Shown here: positions 11,457-22,714 of the stretch, in pieces
How positions within the stretch are numbered: the first letter of the stretch is position 1
Layout: each line of letters opens with the position of its first letter
DNA from: Monocercomonoides exilis PA203
Taxonomy: Eukaryota; Protista; Preaxostyla
Length of the DNA stretch: 64,000 bases
Direction: 5' to 3'
NCBI GenBank assembly: GCA_001643675.2
Contig: LSRY02000065.1
Coordinates: forward strand, 1-64,000
The notes under the pieces: generated by a model
What the model was told of the DNA's origin: nothing
The model's database searches: none
The model's input: only the letters and a program-made list of their open reading frames with translations
Translations under genes and position numbers: made by a program

Positions 11457-12125
11457 AAATGTCTAATAAAAATAATAAAAGAAAAACAAAATTAGAAATG
11501 AAAAAACAAACATTTTCGGTAAAGTTATTGGATTGTTCGTGTTTGTCCTTGATTTTTTTTTCTTCAATAGTTCTCTATAATAAAAAATCAACAAAAATAA
11601 AAAAATTTTATCAAATAAAACCAAACAATGTAATTTTCAGTATCATTTGAAAACATGGAGTTTTCATTTGCATCCAAAATTTCATCAGTGATAGAATTGG
11701 CAACAGATGAGCTGAATTCAACTTCCATCGACATTTTTTGAAAGCGCAAATATTTTATTACATATTTTTTGATCATTTTTCTCAGATAAAAAAAACAATT
11801 TTTTTAAAATTTTTAGACTATTCGAAAGATATCAGAATAAATTATATAATATTGATATGTAATGGATACAAAGGATTATAAATAACACAAAAATGAGTTT
11901 CCTACACAACGCTTCGCTTATTACTTAACCCTAACCCGAAAAAAGTTATGATTTCAATAATAATTACCCATATGATTAAAATAAAAATATGATGGGTGTC
12001 CAAATTTTTGAATTTCAGAGAGAATATTTTTAATAGAATTTTGAAATTTCCCTCCTTGAATCGCTTAGTTAAATTGAGTGGATTAACACAATAATATTCA
12101 AATTTTGAAAAAATGCAAACTAAAA

Positions 12126-12350
12126 ATGGCGCAATTTACACCTATACCAAAACCAGACAAGACCGAAGAGCCTGAAGACACCAAAGAAAATAAGAACGGT
12201 GAAGAATTGAATGAAGCTACCAGGAAAGAGAAGGGTTGGAAGTCTGGCGAATGGGTCAAAGAACAAAAAAACAAATTTGTTATCAGAACAAGAGCACAGA
12301 TGAAGATGGAATTGGAGAAGAAAGACAAAGGAAAAGAGGATAGTTCATAA
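12126..12350 (+). CDS. Small charged hypothetical ORF (74 aa), divergent from the YR gene
   Basis: ATG in A-rich context, purine-rich coding-like composition (MAQFTPIPKPDK...). No family recognised. Confidence 0.3.
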   Translation: MAQFTPIPKPDKTEEPEDTKENKNGEELNEATRKEKGWKSGEWVKEQKNKFVIRTRAQMKMELEKKDKGKEDSS

Positions 12351-12420
12351 TGAGATAATCGTTCTCCCAATTATAGCATTCTCTCAATAATAGAAAAGAA
12401 GGAAGCAAGAATATTTTCTC

Positions 12421-12626
12421 TTCAAATCAAAAAAAGAATTAAAAAACTACGAGATCTCCGAGTGAAAAAAATTTGAAAAAAAATTTATTTTGCATAAGTT
12501 AAATATATTAATATAAACATGTCTAGCCATTTTTTGTTGAATAAGAGCTTGTATCAAGCCGTAGCCAGCTCCAAAAAAAAAAATGGGTGGGGGTAAAAAA
12601 GAGGTCAGAAGTTAAAGTTTAACCAC
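12421..12626. mobile_element. Solo, diverged terminal inverted repeat of the same family as the MITE at 62963-63945
   Basis: CGAGATCTC...AAGTTAAATA...AGCTTGTAT..GCCGTAGCCAGCTCCAAAA...GGTAAAAAA..GGTCAGA..TAACC aligns colinearly with ~63740-63945. Confidence 0.8.
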
Positions 12627-12741
12627 ATTATTATTATTTCTTGTTTATGCAAATGAATAAAAAGTTTTTCCTATCAATGCTTACAAAAGTGTGAATTATT
12701 GATTTTAGGAAAGTTCATTTGAATGAAAAGATTCTAAAAAA

Positions 12742-15700
12742 TTACAAGAAACTTGAAGAAAGTGGTTCATCAATTATTGTTTTTAGCTCTTCCATGTATT
12801 CATCACTTGTTTTCGTCTTTTTGTTCTTTTTTGATGAGTCATGAAACACTGTTGTCACCTTTTTCTTTATCTTTTTTCCACATGGCCAATCGAAATTCAT
12901 CAATGTTTCGAATATTGGTAAAAAAACATTTCCAATATATCCAAAATAAACAAATGATCCTCCAAGAGATGAAATAAACATCACTGCTGAAACTTTCATT
13001 GATCTTTGGGTGACAACAACAGTTTTTTCCAGTTTCAGTTTGATATTGACACCAAATCCCATACTGTAAGACATATCATGGTAAGTTGCAGTCGAACCAT
13101 TAATAAAAGAAATGTGATTAAGAAGATGTCCGTTATTATCATACCCTTTTTTTATAAAATCATCTTTCCTGAAAATGGAATTGACAAGTTCTAATGTAAT
13201 GTTTGTTGGTTTTGAGCCACTGAAAACACTATCATGCCCACTGACTGTGAGTTCTTCAACTGAAGATAAATAATTACCATTTTCAATCACTTGTTTCTTT
13301 GTGCGGCTTTGTGCAGGAATAGCTGAGTCAATTGATGCAGAAACTTTTATTGCTCTGCAAGTTGCATTTCTTTCAAACGAAAACATTGAAAAGAAAGCTG
13401 AATAGAAATCGTTCACAGAGAAGTCTTCATTGCTTGCATTAATTGAAATTAAACAATTTTTCGTTGGTGGATAAAAATTGTTGTTTGATTTGTCTTCAGT
13501 GCATTTTGGAGTGAACGAATAATTCTTATTGTTGTTCGATCCAATGATTGCCCCTTTTTCAGAAAGTCAAGAAATTAAAATGAATAAAAAAAAAATAACG
13601 CAAACCAAATGGATCAAATACAGTTTTTCCAATTCCCAATTTTCTAGAGCACTCTCTTAATTCATTGACACATTCTCCTGAGTAATCCATCAGTGTTAAA
13701 TTGACTTTGAAAAAAGAATTGTTTATGCTATTCAAATCAACGTTTTCTTCCGAAATCGCATCAACAGTTGTTTTCGTTTCATCAATGTTGAATAATGCTA
13801 TTCCCAAAATGTTGGAAATTATTGCACCTAGCATAAAAAACAAGCCCACTATTGAAATAAATCCCCCAAATGTTGTCTTTTTGATCTGCTTGGTTGTCTT
13901 ATGTGTGTCTGGATCAAGAGAATCAGTATATTTGCTCGAATAGCCATCAAATTTCCACAAATACTTCCTTGATGGTAAGCAGAGAAGAATAAAAGCAACA
14001 ACAGCACCAATTCCTGTTGGAATGATATATGACAAAGCATTTTTCCATGTTTCACATCCTTCTTTAATCTTGTACACCTCTGGCTGGCTTAAGTGTTTTG
14101 GATCAATTTCAGGAGGTTTGTATTCACTTGATGCTGAACCCATTGGACAAGTTTTGTTTTCTGGGCAAGTCAAAATAAAAGTCTTGTTTGAACCATCTTT
14201 GATTGTGTAATGACCAAATGAAACTGGGATGCACACATATTTTTGAGAACCTGATGATATTCCAATTGTTCCTTCAGGGCATGGATCACACTCTTTACTA
14301 CTGAATTCATTTGAATAATAGCCAATTTTACAAAATTGACATTCTCCATTTTCATCCTGATAAGAACCTGGAGCGCAATCAAATAAATCATTTTGAAGCT
14401 TGAAAATTCGTAATGAGTCAACTGCTGAATTCATGACTGTTCTATTTGCATTGATCCTTCTTCCACCAAAGCAGAAAACTTCTCGCTTATGAATTGCACA
14501 TCCAGCATCAACAACATCAAGATTCTTGCCATTGACAAATGCTGTTCCATTATCTTCTGTCACAGTTGCAGTTCCATTGACAGCAAATTTGACAACTTTA
14601 AAAGTATTCTTCGCAATTCCGTCTCTCATCCCTCCAAACATCAAAGCACTGTCATTCAGTGGCAAAACAATTCCATCTTTATTGCCAAATATTTGATTAC
14701 ATTTTTCGCCATTGCACTCATAATTTGAATAATTTATTTCTTCTTTTTGCACAATTTTTTGTATTGGCAAACGGTAATATCCATGCAATGGTGAAGCTCC
14801 TAGCATTCCTCCAAGAAAAACAAGATTTGGAGAAGGTTGGTAATAATTTCTGAAACCTATGTTCGGATTTTCTTCTGCACTTAATAATGTTGAAAAATCT
14901 TTCATGTTTCTATTACTATCAATGTTCCTTTGAACAGAAATATTTTTAATTTCATCAGGGGGATCTGTCATGAAAATTACAGAAGCACTTATCCGAAAAA
15001 GTGGAAATGGTGCTGTTTGAGCAACCCATTGATCATTCTGAAACATGAAAACACTGAAAGTCCCATAATTCATTCCATAACTTGTTCTTCCTCCAACAAC
15101 AATTAAAAAATCCATATACATTTCCATTGCAGCTCCACACACAGGAATTGGCTTGTAAAATGAATTCTTTCCCAATTGCTTCCACAAATAAGTGATAAAT
15201 GAAAATTCCCACAATTCATTTGATGGCTCAACTTTTCCTGTTTTAGGATTCGGACCCAAGCCTCCAAAGATCAACAATCTACCATTATCATAACAATATG
15301 AAGCAAGTTCTCTTGCTGGAGGAGTTTCTGAATTCTTTTCAGGAACAAATTCTGTCCACTGCCTATAGTTATTTGACAGCAAATACATATCATTAAATAT
15401 TTCTCCAGTAATGGGATCACGGCCACCGTAAACAAAAATGGAATCTCTAAAAGATCCCACAATCGGATTAACACGTGGAGAAGGCGCATAATGACTCACG
15501 TTGATTAATGAAATATATGATGAATTAAAGTTTGTTGTTGATAATCCTGAGTTTAATTCGTGTGAAGAACTGAAATTGCAAAACTTTTCTGGTTTGGAAA
15601 AAAAATTATCGTAATCAAAAAATTTTTGATAATATTTTTTTCTTCTTTCAATTGCTTTTTCTGAATGAGTCTCCTTTTCTGTTTGATTGATTGATAAATC

Positions 15701-16795
15701 CTCTTTCATTGCAACCATTAAATCTGAATTGATCCCTTGTGGCGTTATTCCTCCAAAAATATACAAATTTCCATCTTTGTCAGTCGTACATCCACAATCA
15801 ACCCGAAACAAATCCTTTTTTTCGTCAGACTTATTTGTTTCGTCAAGTTCAATTATTTTGAATCTTGCCGTTAATGATCCACTCCCTCCTTTGACAACTT
15901 GGCTACAGTCAAGAATTAGCAATGAATTGAATTCATTTCTTATTTTGTTGACAGGACAACCACCAAAAATGTAAGAATATGCTCCATCAGAAGAAATGAA
16001 AGTTGAATGTCCAAAATTGGTCCGTAAATCTGGAATGTTGCTTGGTTCTCCATTCTTATCAGTTATTTTCACTTCTTTCCAAGATTGAGAAGAAATTGTA
16101 TCGATTTTTATTCTGAACATTTTGAGTGAAAATTCAACATCTCCTCCTGTATCTCCTCCATAAAGGACAGCATATCCATTTGAAACTAACATGACAGCAC
16201 CGCTGCATGGTTCAGGACCAACTCCTCCAGTTTCAATCTCCAATTCTTTCCACTGATTATTTTGGATGTCAAACTCCCACAAGTCATTTAGAAGCCCAGA
16301 TTCGCTGATCCCTCCAAAAATATATAGTTTTTCTCCATCTGATGCGTATGCCATTGATTGTCTTGCTTCAGGAATTGAATCTCCTTGATCAACTTCTTTC
16401 CATTCTTTTGATGAAAAATCAAATGCCCAAAGATTATTTGAAAATCCACTATCTTGCTTCCCGCCCCAGATGAAAAACGTGTTGTTGACTTTGAATTGAG
16501 CAAAATTCTTAACCAATGGTTTTTTTCTTTCCAATTTCAAATGCAAACGCTCTATATGCAAAGGATGAAGTTCTATGACGTAAGAATCCGTAAATATTCG
16601 GTCATTATTTGTGACACCTCCATAAACGAATAGGCAATCTTTTCCATTGTTTGAAAAAAACCGAACGAAAGGAGAATAACGAGGATTGATCTGGCTTCCA
16701 TACGCGGGAACTGTTTCAACAGATTTCACTATCTGCTTTGTTTCTTGGCCAACTGCACATTTGATACAAAATAAACAAAGAAAAATATTTAACAT
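12742..16795 (-). CDS. Signal-peptide Kelch-repeat beta-propeller protein with Cys-rich repeats and three C-terminal TM helices (2 exons, ~1333 aa)
   Basis: Many Kelch motifs (LYIFGG..., NDLWEFD...W) and a Cys-rich CAPGSYQ..C..C..GYYS..C..CP.GT segment. Intron 13554-13605 (GTTTGC...AAAAAG) joins ORF 13559-16795 in frame with the frame of ORF 12742-13416. Confidence 0.85.
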
Positions 16796-17468
16796 TGCTT
16801 CTGATCTGTTATATTAATTAAAACTCTCGAATATTTGAACCTTAATATTTCTTAAAATAAAAAATTTATAATGGACAAAACATGATAATAATTCATTAAA
16901 TATTCTTGAAATCTATGAAAATACTGTTTTGCAAATTATTAGCGGTTTCTGGGTCATCGAAAGAACGATTATAAATTGAAATAGCCAAAAAGAATAAAGT
17001 TGGAGAGAATTCAAAAAATTTTCATTTGTTATAAAAATGGTAAAAACTCAATAAGAACTATTTTTAAAGAGGAAATGGAGAATGTTCAAAAAAAGAAAGA
17101 AAGAAAACACAAAAATCTTTTTTTTAAAATTGAATGGTTAGCTGGAATTTATATGTTTGTTTTTTCAAACAATCGGAGAAAAGAAATTGATATTAAAACA
17201 AAAAAAATCAATTTGATAAATAATATTATTCTTGTTATCAATCAAGAAATCAGTGTCAACAAAAAAATTATCAAAGATAAACGAAGGAGAAGTTAGAACA
17301 AATCTTGAAATTGTAAAATCAAAGGTTTCTGGCGTTAGGATAAGCAACAAATGACAAGGCATTTTAAAGTCGAAGAGTTAGAAAAAGATAGATTTGATTG
17401 TTAAGGAGAGCTACATCAAATAAGACAAAGCAGAAACAAGTGAAAAATGAGGGGTAATATTCTTTGAA

Positions 17469-19871
17469 TTGGGTACGTCTGAATCAATGAAAATGGTTGA
17501 CTCAACAATCAGTCAATGCAGCTGCACCAGTGGGAAAGGAGGAAGAGTGTATTTGGCAACAAAGGAAACAGGTGATTTGAATTTCACATTTGTGGGAATG
17601 AAATTCAGTTCAAACACAGCAAAAGTGGGGAATGATATTTTCATTGAATGTTTCAACATCTCTTCTCAGATCAATGAAAGACAATTCCAGTTTGATCTTC
17701 GAGAGGGACATTATTCACGAATTAATGCGATATATGGAATTGATAGTTGTGAACACAAAGAAGATACAAATCTGATTGAGTTTGTGACTATCCATCAGAG
17801 TGACACAATTGTTGTGAGCAGTGCGGTTGGATCGGATGACAGGCAATGTGGAACATGTGGCCTTCTATGTGATTCGATTGATTATAGGCTGATGCATCTT
17901 ACATCGGAGCTGATTAGTCAAATGTTCATTGTTGAAGAGAGTGTGATTGGAAAGGAAATAAATCTGGAGGAAATGAGTCTGAGTTCGAAGAGCAGAGGCT
18001 AATGTGAAGTTAAAGCAAAATCAGAGATTGATGGAACAAAGGAGGCTTTGATAACAACAAGTGGAACAGTTTCATTGCTGAGAGAGAACTTTGTGTTTGA
18101 TTCAGATTTCATTTCTTCACATGAATCGCTGATCTCACCAGAAGGAGGCATTCTTGAAATAATGAATTGTTCATTCTCCTCAAAACCATCGAATGAAGAA
18201 GGAAATGGAGCTGTGCCAAACATTCCGTTTCACATTTTCAACATGGCAAAAGGAGAATTACAACTTGATGGATGTGCAATATCAAATCTCATTCTTCAAG
18301 AATCTGCATTACATTTTTCTTCACCACTTACATCAGTAATCGATTCATTAACAATTTGCAATTCAACAATTAAAACTTCTCTGATAAATATCAACGAATG
18401 TGGACAATTAACAATAAAGGATTTCAATACAGAAAATATATCAGTTGTAGGAAATGAAGAATCATTGATATCTTGCTTGTCAATGAAAAAGACGATGCAA
18501 TTGGCAAATTGCACAATAGGTGGAGTCAGTTCAAAGAACACAAAAGGGAAATTGATGAAAGTGGAGGATTGTTTGGATGTGAAAATGGACAGTTGCATTT
18601 TCGATGGGAGTTCAAAGGAAAGAAATGAACAGAATTTGAATGCAGAAGAAGAGATGTGCAGATGGTCTGGATCTCTTGTGGATGTTGCGAAAAGTTCTGT
18701 TTTTATGAAAGATGCAACAATCTCGAATTCACCAGAAGGTGGAATAACAATGAGTGGAGGAAATGTGATAATTGAGAAAGGAGAGTTTATAAATAACAAT
18801 CCATCGATTGAAGGATATCCATCAATTGGAAGAAATATTATTTGTTCAGACTCAGGGGCATTGAATGTGATGAGTTTGAAAGGAGGAGATGGATTGAAGG
18901 ATAACTCCTCACTTTGGATGTTGAATGAAGAGTGCAGTTTTGAAGGGATTGTATCTGAGAGGGAATCGTCGTTCTTCATACCTGTTCTGGAGAGAGTGGA
19001 AGCAAAAGAAGAAGCAAACAGAATGAAGCTGACATTCAAAGGATTGCTTCTTGTTCCATGCAATCTGTCATTCTCAGCTGTGAAGAAGAAGGGAGAAGAG
19101 AAAGAGATTGAACATTATGATTTTGATTCAAGTGGGTTTTTATCGGAAAGTGAAATTGAAGGGAGTGCAACAAAAGATCTGATCAGCAGTTGTGAAAATG
19201 AAATAGAAATGAGCGTGCATATTCTGTTTGCGGATACCGACAAACAATCATCAACAAATTCATTCATTCTGAAGAATGCAAGAAAAACAAAGGCGAAAGG
19301 AAGTGAAAGGATTATCGAGTGAGGAAAAGAAGGGAAATCGTATTGGACGTTGATTATTATTGTGCTAGTTGTGATATTATTTGTTGTTCTGATTGGTTTT
19401 ATTTTGTTTGTTGTTCGATGGAAGAAGGCAAAGAATGAAAACAAAGATCTGAGAGAGATTGTGAATGATAATATCAGAAAAGATCCGAAAGCATTTGAGA
19501 TGATGACGATGGAGATGTCTCCTGAGGAACAATGGAGAAGGTCAGAGAGAGAGGCTGAGAAGAAAAATGAAGAGAGGATCAAAAAGAGAGTGCATGAGAA
19601 AAGCTTGGGACACTCAGAGTCATCTGAGCTTCTTCTATCTGAGAGCAGCTCCACTGAATTCATTCTTGGGAGAGATTCAGAAAAGATTCCTCAATGGATG
19701 TTAGAGAAGGCAGAAGAGGAAGAGGAAACAAGAAAGAGATCACCATCACCATCCATTTCATCCACTTCAACCACAGACGCTTCAGACACTGAATCCACTT
19801 TTGTTCGAGGAGAGGATCTGTGTCCCACCACCTCATCCATGTCGAATCTAGTGGATGCAATGGCCTGTTAA
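17469..19871 (+). pseudogene. Truncated pseudogene of the large surface-protein/pseudokinase family (paralog of 36271-44028)
   Basis: Three ORFs in one frame separated by TAA (18000-18002) and TGA (19320-19322; GGA in the paralog). Near-identical to the paralog at EMSPEEQWRR...TTSSMSNLVDAMAC, then stops where the paralog continues SSPHEK. N-terminus missing. Confidence 0.88.
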
Positions 19872-20678
19872 TCTTTTCATGATAAAAAAATCATTTTGTT
19901 GATAAAACAAAATGATAATTGGAAAATGTCAATCACGAATGTCAACTTTTTATTTCCAACTAACGAATCGTGATATCATCAACATTTAAAACTCAACCAG
20001 AATTGCGAAGTGAAATGGTATACTGCTTTTGAAGAGAATAACAACGAAATATTAAAATGGAAATGAAGTGATCAATGAACAATCAGAACGCTGTATTTTC
20101 TTTCGAGAGCATTTCAAAATGATTAAGTTTCCAAAAACCCTTTAATAATTAATAAGATATTAATTTCATATCTCACCAAATAACTCCATATTCCAACATT
20201 CAAACGCTCCTTTTTAATGGTCATTTCGAAACTAACGCATGAATTTTGCTGGAAAAAGACAAAGCCAATAAATCGAAAAAATTTTCCACTTGAATTTAAA
20301 CTATTATCAGTCGAAAACGAAAAACAGAAATCTTGAAAAGCACCAATATAAAAGAGAAAGTGTTGAAAAAACAATTGGAATGAATATACACTGGTTTAGA
20401 AAGTTGAGCCACTTGGGAATAGCTTTGTTCTTCATGTAGATAAAAGAGTCAAAGATGAAATGTGGCTGAAGTTTTCACACATATATCGTGGGAATTGAAG
20501 AAGATGGAAGTGGCAAGGCTGTTGAAGAGTTTCATGAAAAATGGTTGATGAAACTCTGTGATTTAACCAAAGTCACCAAAAAAGGAGAAAACGAACAGGA
20601 AAATGAAAAAGCGGTTGAAAAATAGAAAAATAGAAATGAGTGATTTTTGAGTAACATTTTTAATAACAAATCATTCCC

Positions 20679-22114
20679 TCAAATATTCACAAAATAATCA
20701 GAAATTCTAAACGATAATTTTTCAATATAATATTTTTTGTTTAGAAAATCCAATCTTTCATAAAAAGTTGCGGTTGCATCTTCGTATCCTTCTTCCTCCA
20801 GCTTTTCAAATATCTTTCTTTTAGCTGCCTTCCTTTCCTCTTCTTCCATTTCGTCTTTCTCCTTTCTTTTCAATCGCATTGAAATAGTAATAAAAAATGT
20901 TAAACTTTCACATATAATTCTGTCATTCAATGTTGGTTGCTAAAACTCCTCCAAAACAGAATTAGCAGCTTCGTTTTTCTGCAAGTAATCAATCTTCACA
21001 GTTCTGTTTTCTGCAGTTATGTAAAGTAAATAAATGCATTTCCTGCTTATTTCGATGAATTTATCCTTTGCTGCTCGAAATACCTGAACAACGCTACTGA
21101 TAAGCTCAGCAAATTCTTCATTTCTTGATCGACAGCTGCAAAAATATAAATACAATGTATTGATCCATCTCTTCAAAACGAGCTCTTCTTTCGTTTCTTT
21201 TCCTTTTTCTTTCTCCTCGTCTTTCCTCTTCCAATCCACACTCTTTAACAGTTATTCCAGTTCTCTTCTTGCTTCTCTCACGAAATGGAGTTCTTTCTCA
21301 ATCACATCTTCCAACATTTTCTCTTTGGAAAATCTTTTTATTAAAAACTCCCAAGCAGATTGATAACCAATACGCGTCAGGTTGTGATGCTCCTGATGAT
21401 GCTGGATAATCGATTTTATCTCAATCAAATATTGTTCTTTATTAACTTTCTGTTCAAAAGCAAAAAAGAAACAATAAATGAAGCAAAAACAATTCAATAA
21501 ATTAATCAATTAACAAATCATACATTCCACTGCCAAATGTTACCCAATGCCAGCAAGGTCATTTCCACTTCTTTTTGAACCTCCTCATTTACCATTATGT
21601 TCAAGGCAACCTTCAGAAGGCAAGAAACACAAATTGAAAGTAATTCAGATGAGAAGCCAATGCTAAGAAAAATATAGCATTCACAAAGATTGTCAAGAAG
21701 ATTTTCGTTTCTTTTCTCTTTATTCTTCTGTTCTTCCTCAATCATCTTCTCAATTCTTTTGATCAATGAAGATTTCTCGAAGCTGTAAATATGAATTCCT
21801 TTTAGCATGTTGCAAAATCCAACATTCTTCAGTGTAAAAATAGCATTTCGAATTGATATATTCTTTTCTAAAATCATTTTATCCATTTCATTGAAAAAGT
21901 CTATTGAAAAAATTGATTCAAATTCATCTTTATTCATAGCATCCACCTGTTCATTCATTTCAAGGATTTTCTGTTTCTGGTCAATTTCAGTGCAATGCTC
22001 CAGCTCTTGAAAGAATTCTTTTAAAAAAAGTCAAAAAAACGTAAACTTCATTACTTTTGTCTCAGAAATGAAAATTTGCAAACTTAAAAGCTTCTCCAAA
22101 AGCAAAAACTCCAT
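20679..22114 (-). pseudogene. Pseudogene of a lineage-expanded helical protein family (paralog of 32174-33593)
   Basis: Same 3-exon layout and motifs (CLLKVAL..E.QKEVE.LLAL.NI; YQSAWEF; EEEGYED) as 32174-33593, with in-frame stops at 21252-21254 and 20940-20942. Confidence 0.82.
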
Positions 22115-22714
22115 TTTCCAGTAATTTGTTGATGCATCTGTGTTCGTTTTTATTCTGCAAATTTGATGTGTTTTTGAAGTTTGTGATAGTTAATAAATCG
22201 AATAAAATTGCAAAATGGAAACATATTTTTGAACATTTCAAAGGAAGCGTTCTTTAAAAATAAAAAGTTAAACCATAAATTGCAAATAAACTTCTGAACT
22301 GGGTGGAATAAGCCAGGAAGGATTATTTTGTTGATTTTGAATCAAATAAATAGTTATTCAATATGGGAAGTTGATCAAAGATTATTTGTTCTAAAAAAAT
22401 CTTTGAACATAAAAACATATTTTTTATTTGTTGTTGGTTTTAATTCAAAGTTTATTCCATTGCTTAGACCTTTGTGAAAGACCTACATTTAAAAGCTCAC
22501 TCGACAAGCGGCATACAAGCAGTTATCATGTTTTTGATCATTATTGTAAAATCAAAAAAGAAAAAAGAAAGAAATGCAGTAAATAAATAATCATAAACAA
22601 CTCCATTACAAATTAATAGCGTTGAATTACAAAAATGATAGCTAAAAAAATTAAAAATTCACAGAATTGTATTTGAAATTGAAATTATCTTATGAAGGCA
22701 TATGACAGTGCTTA

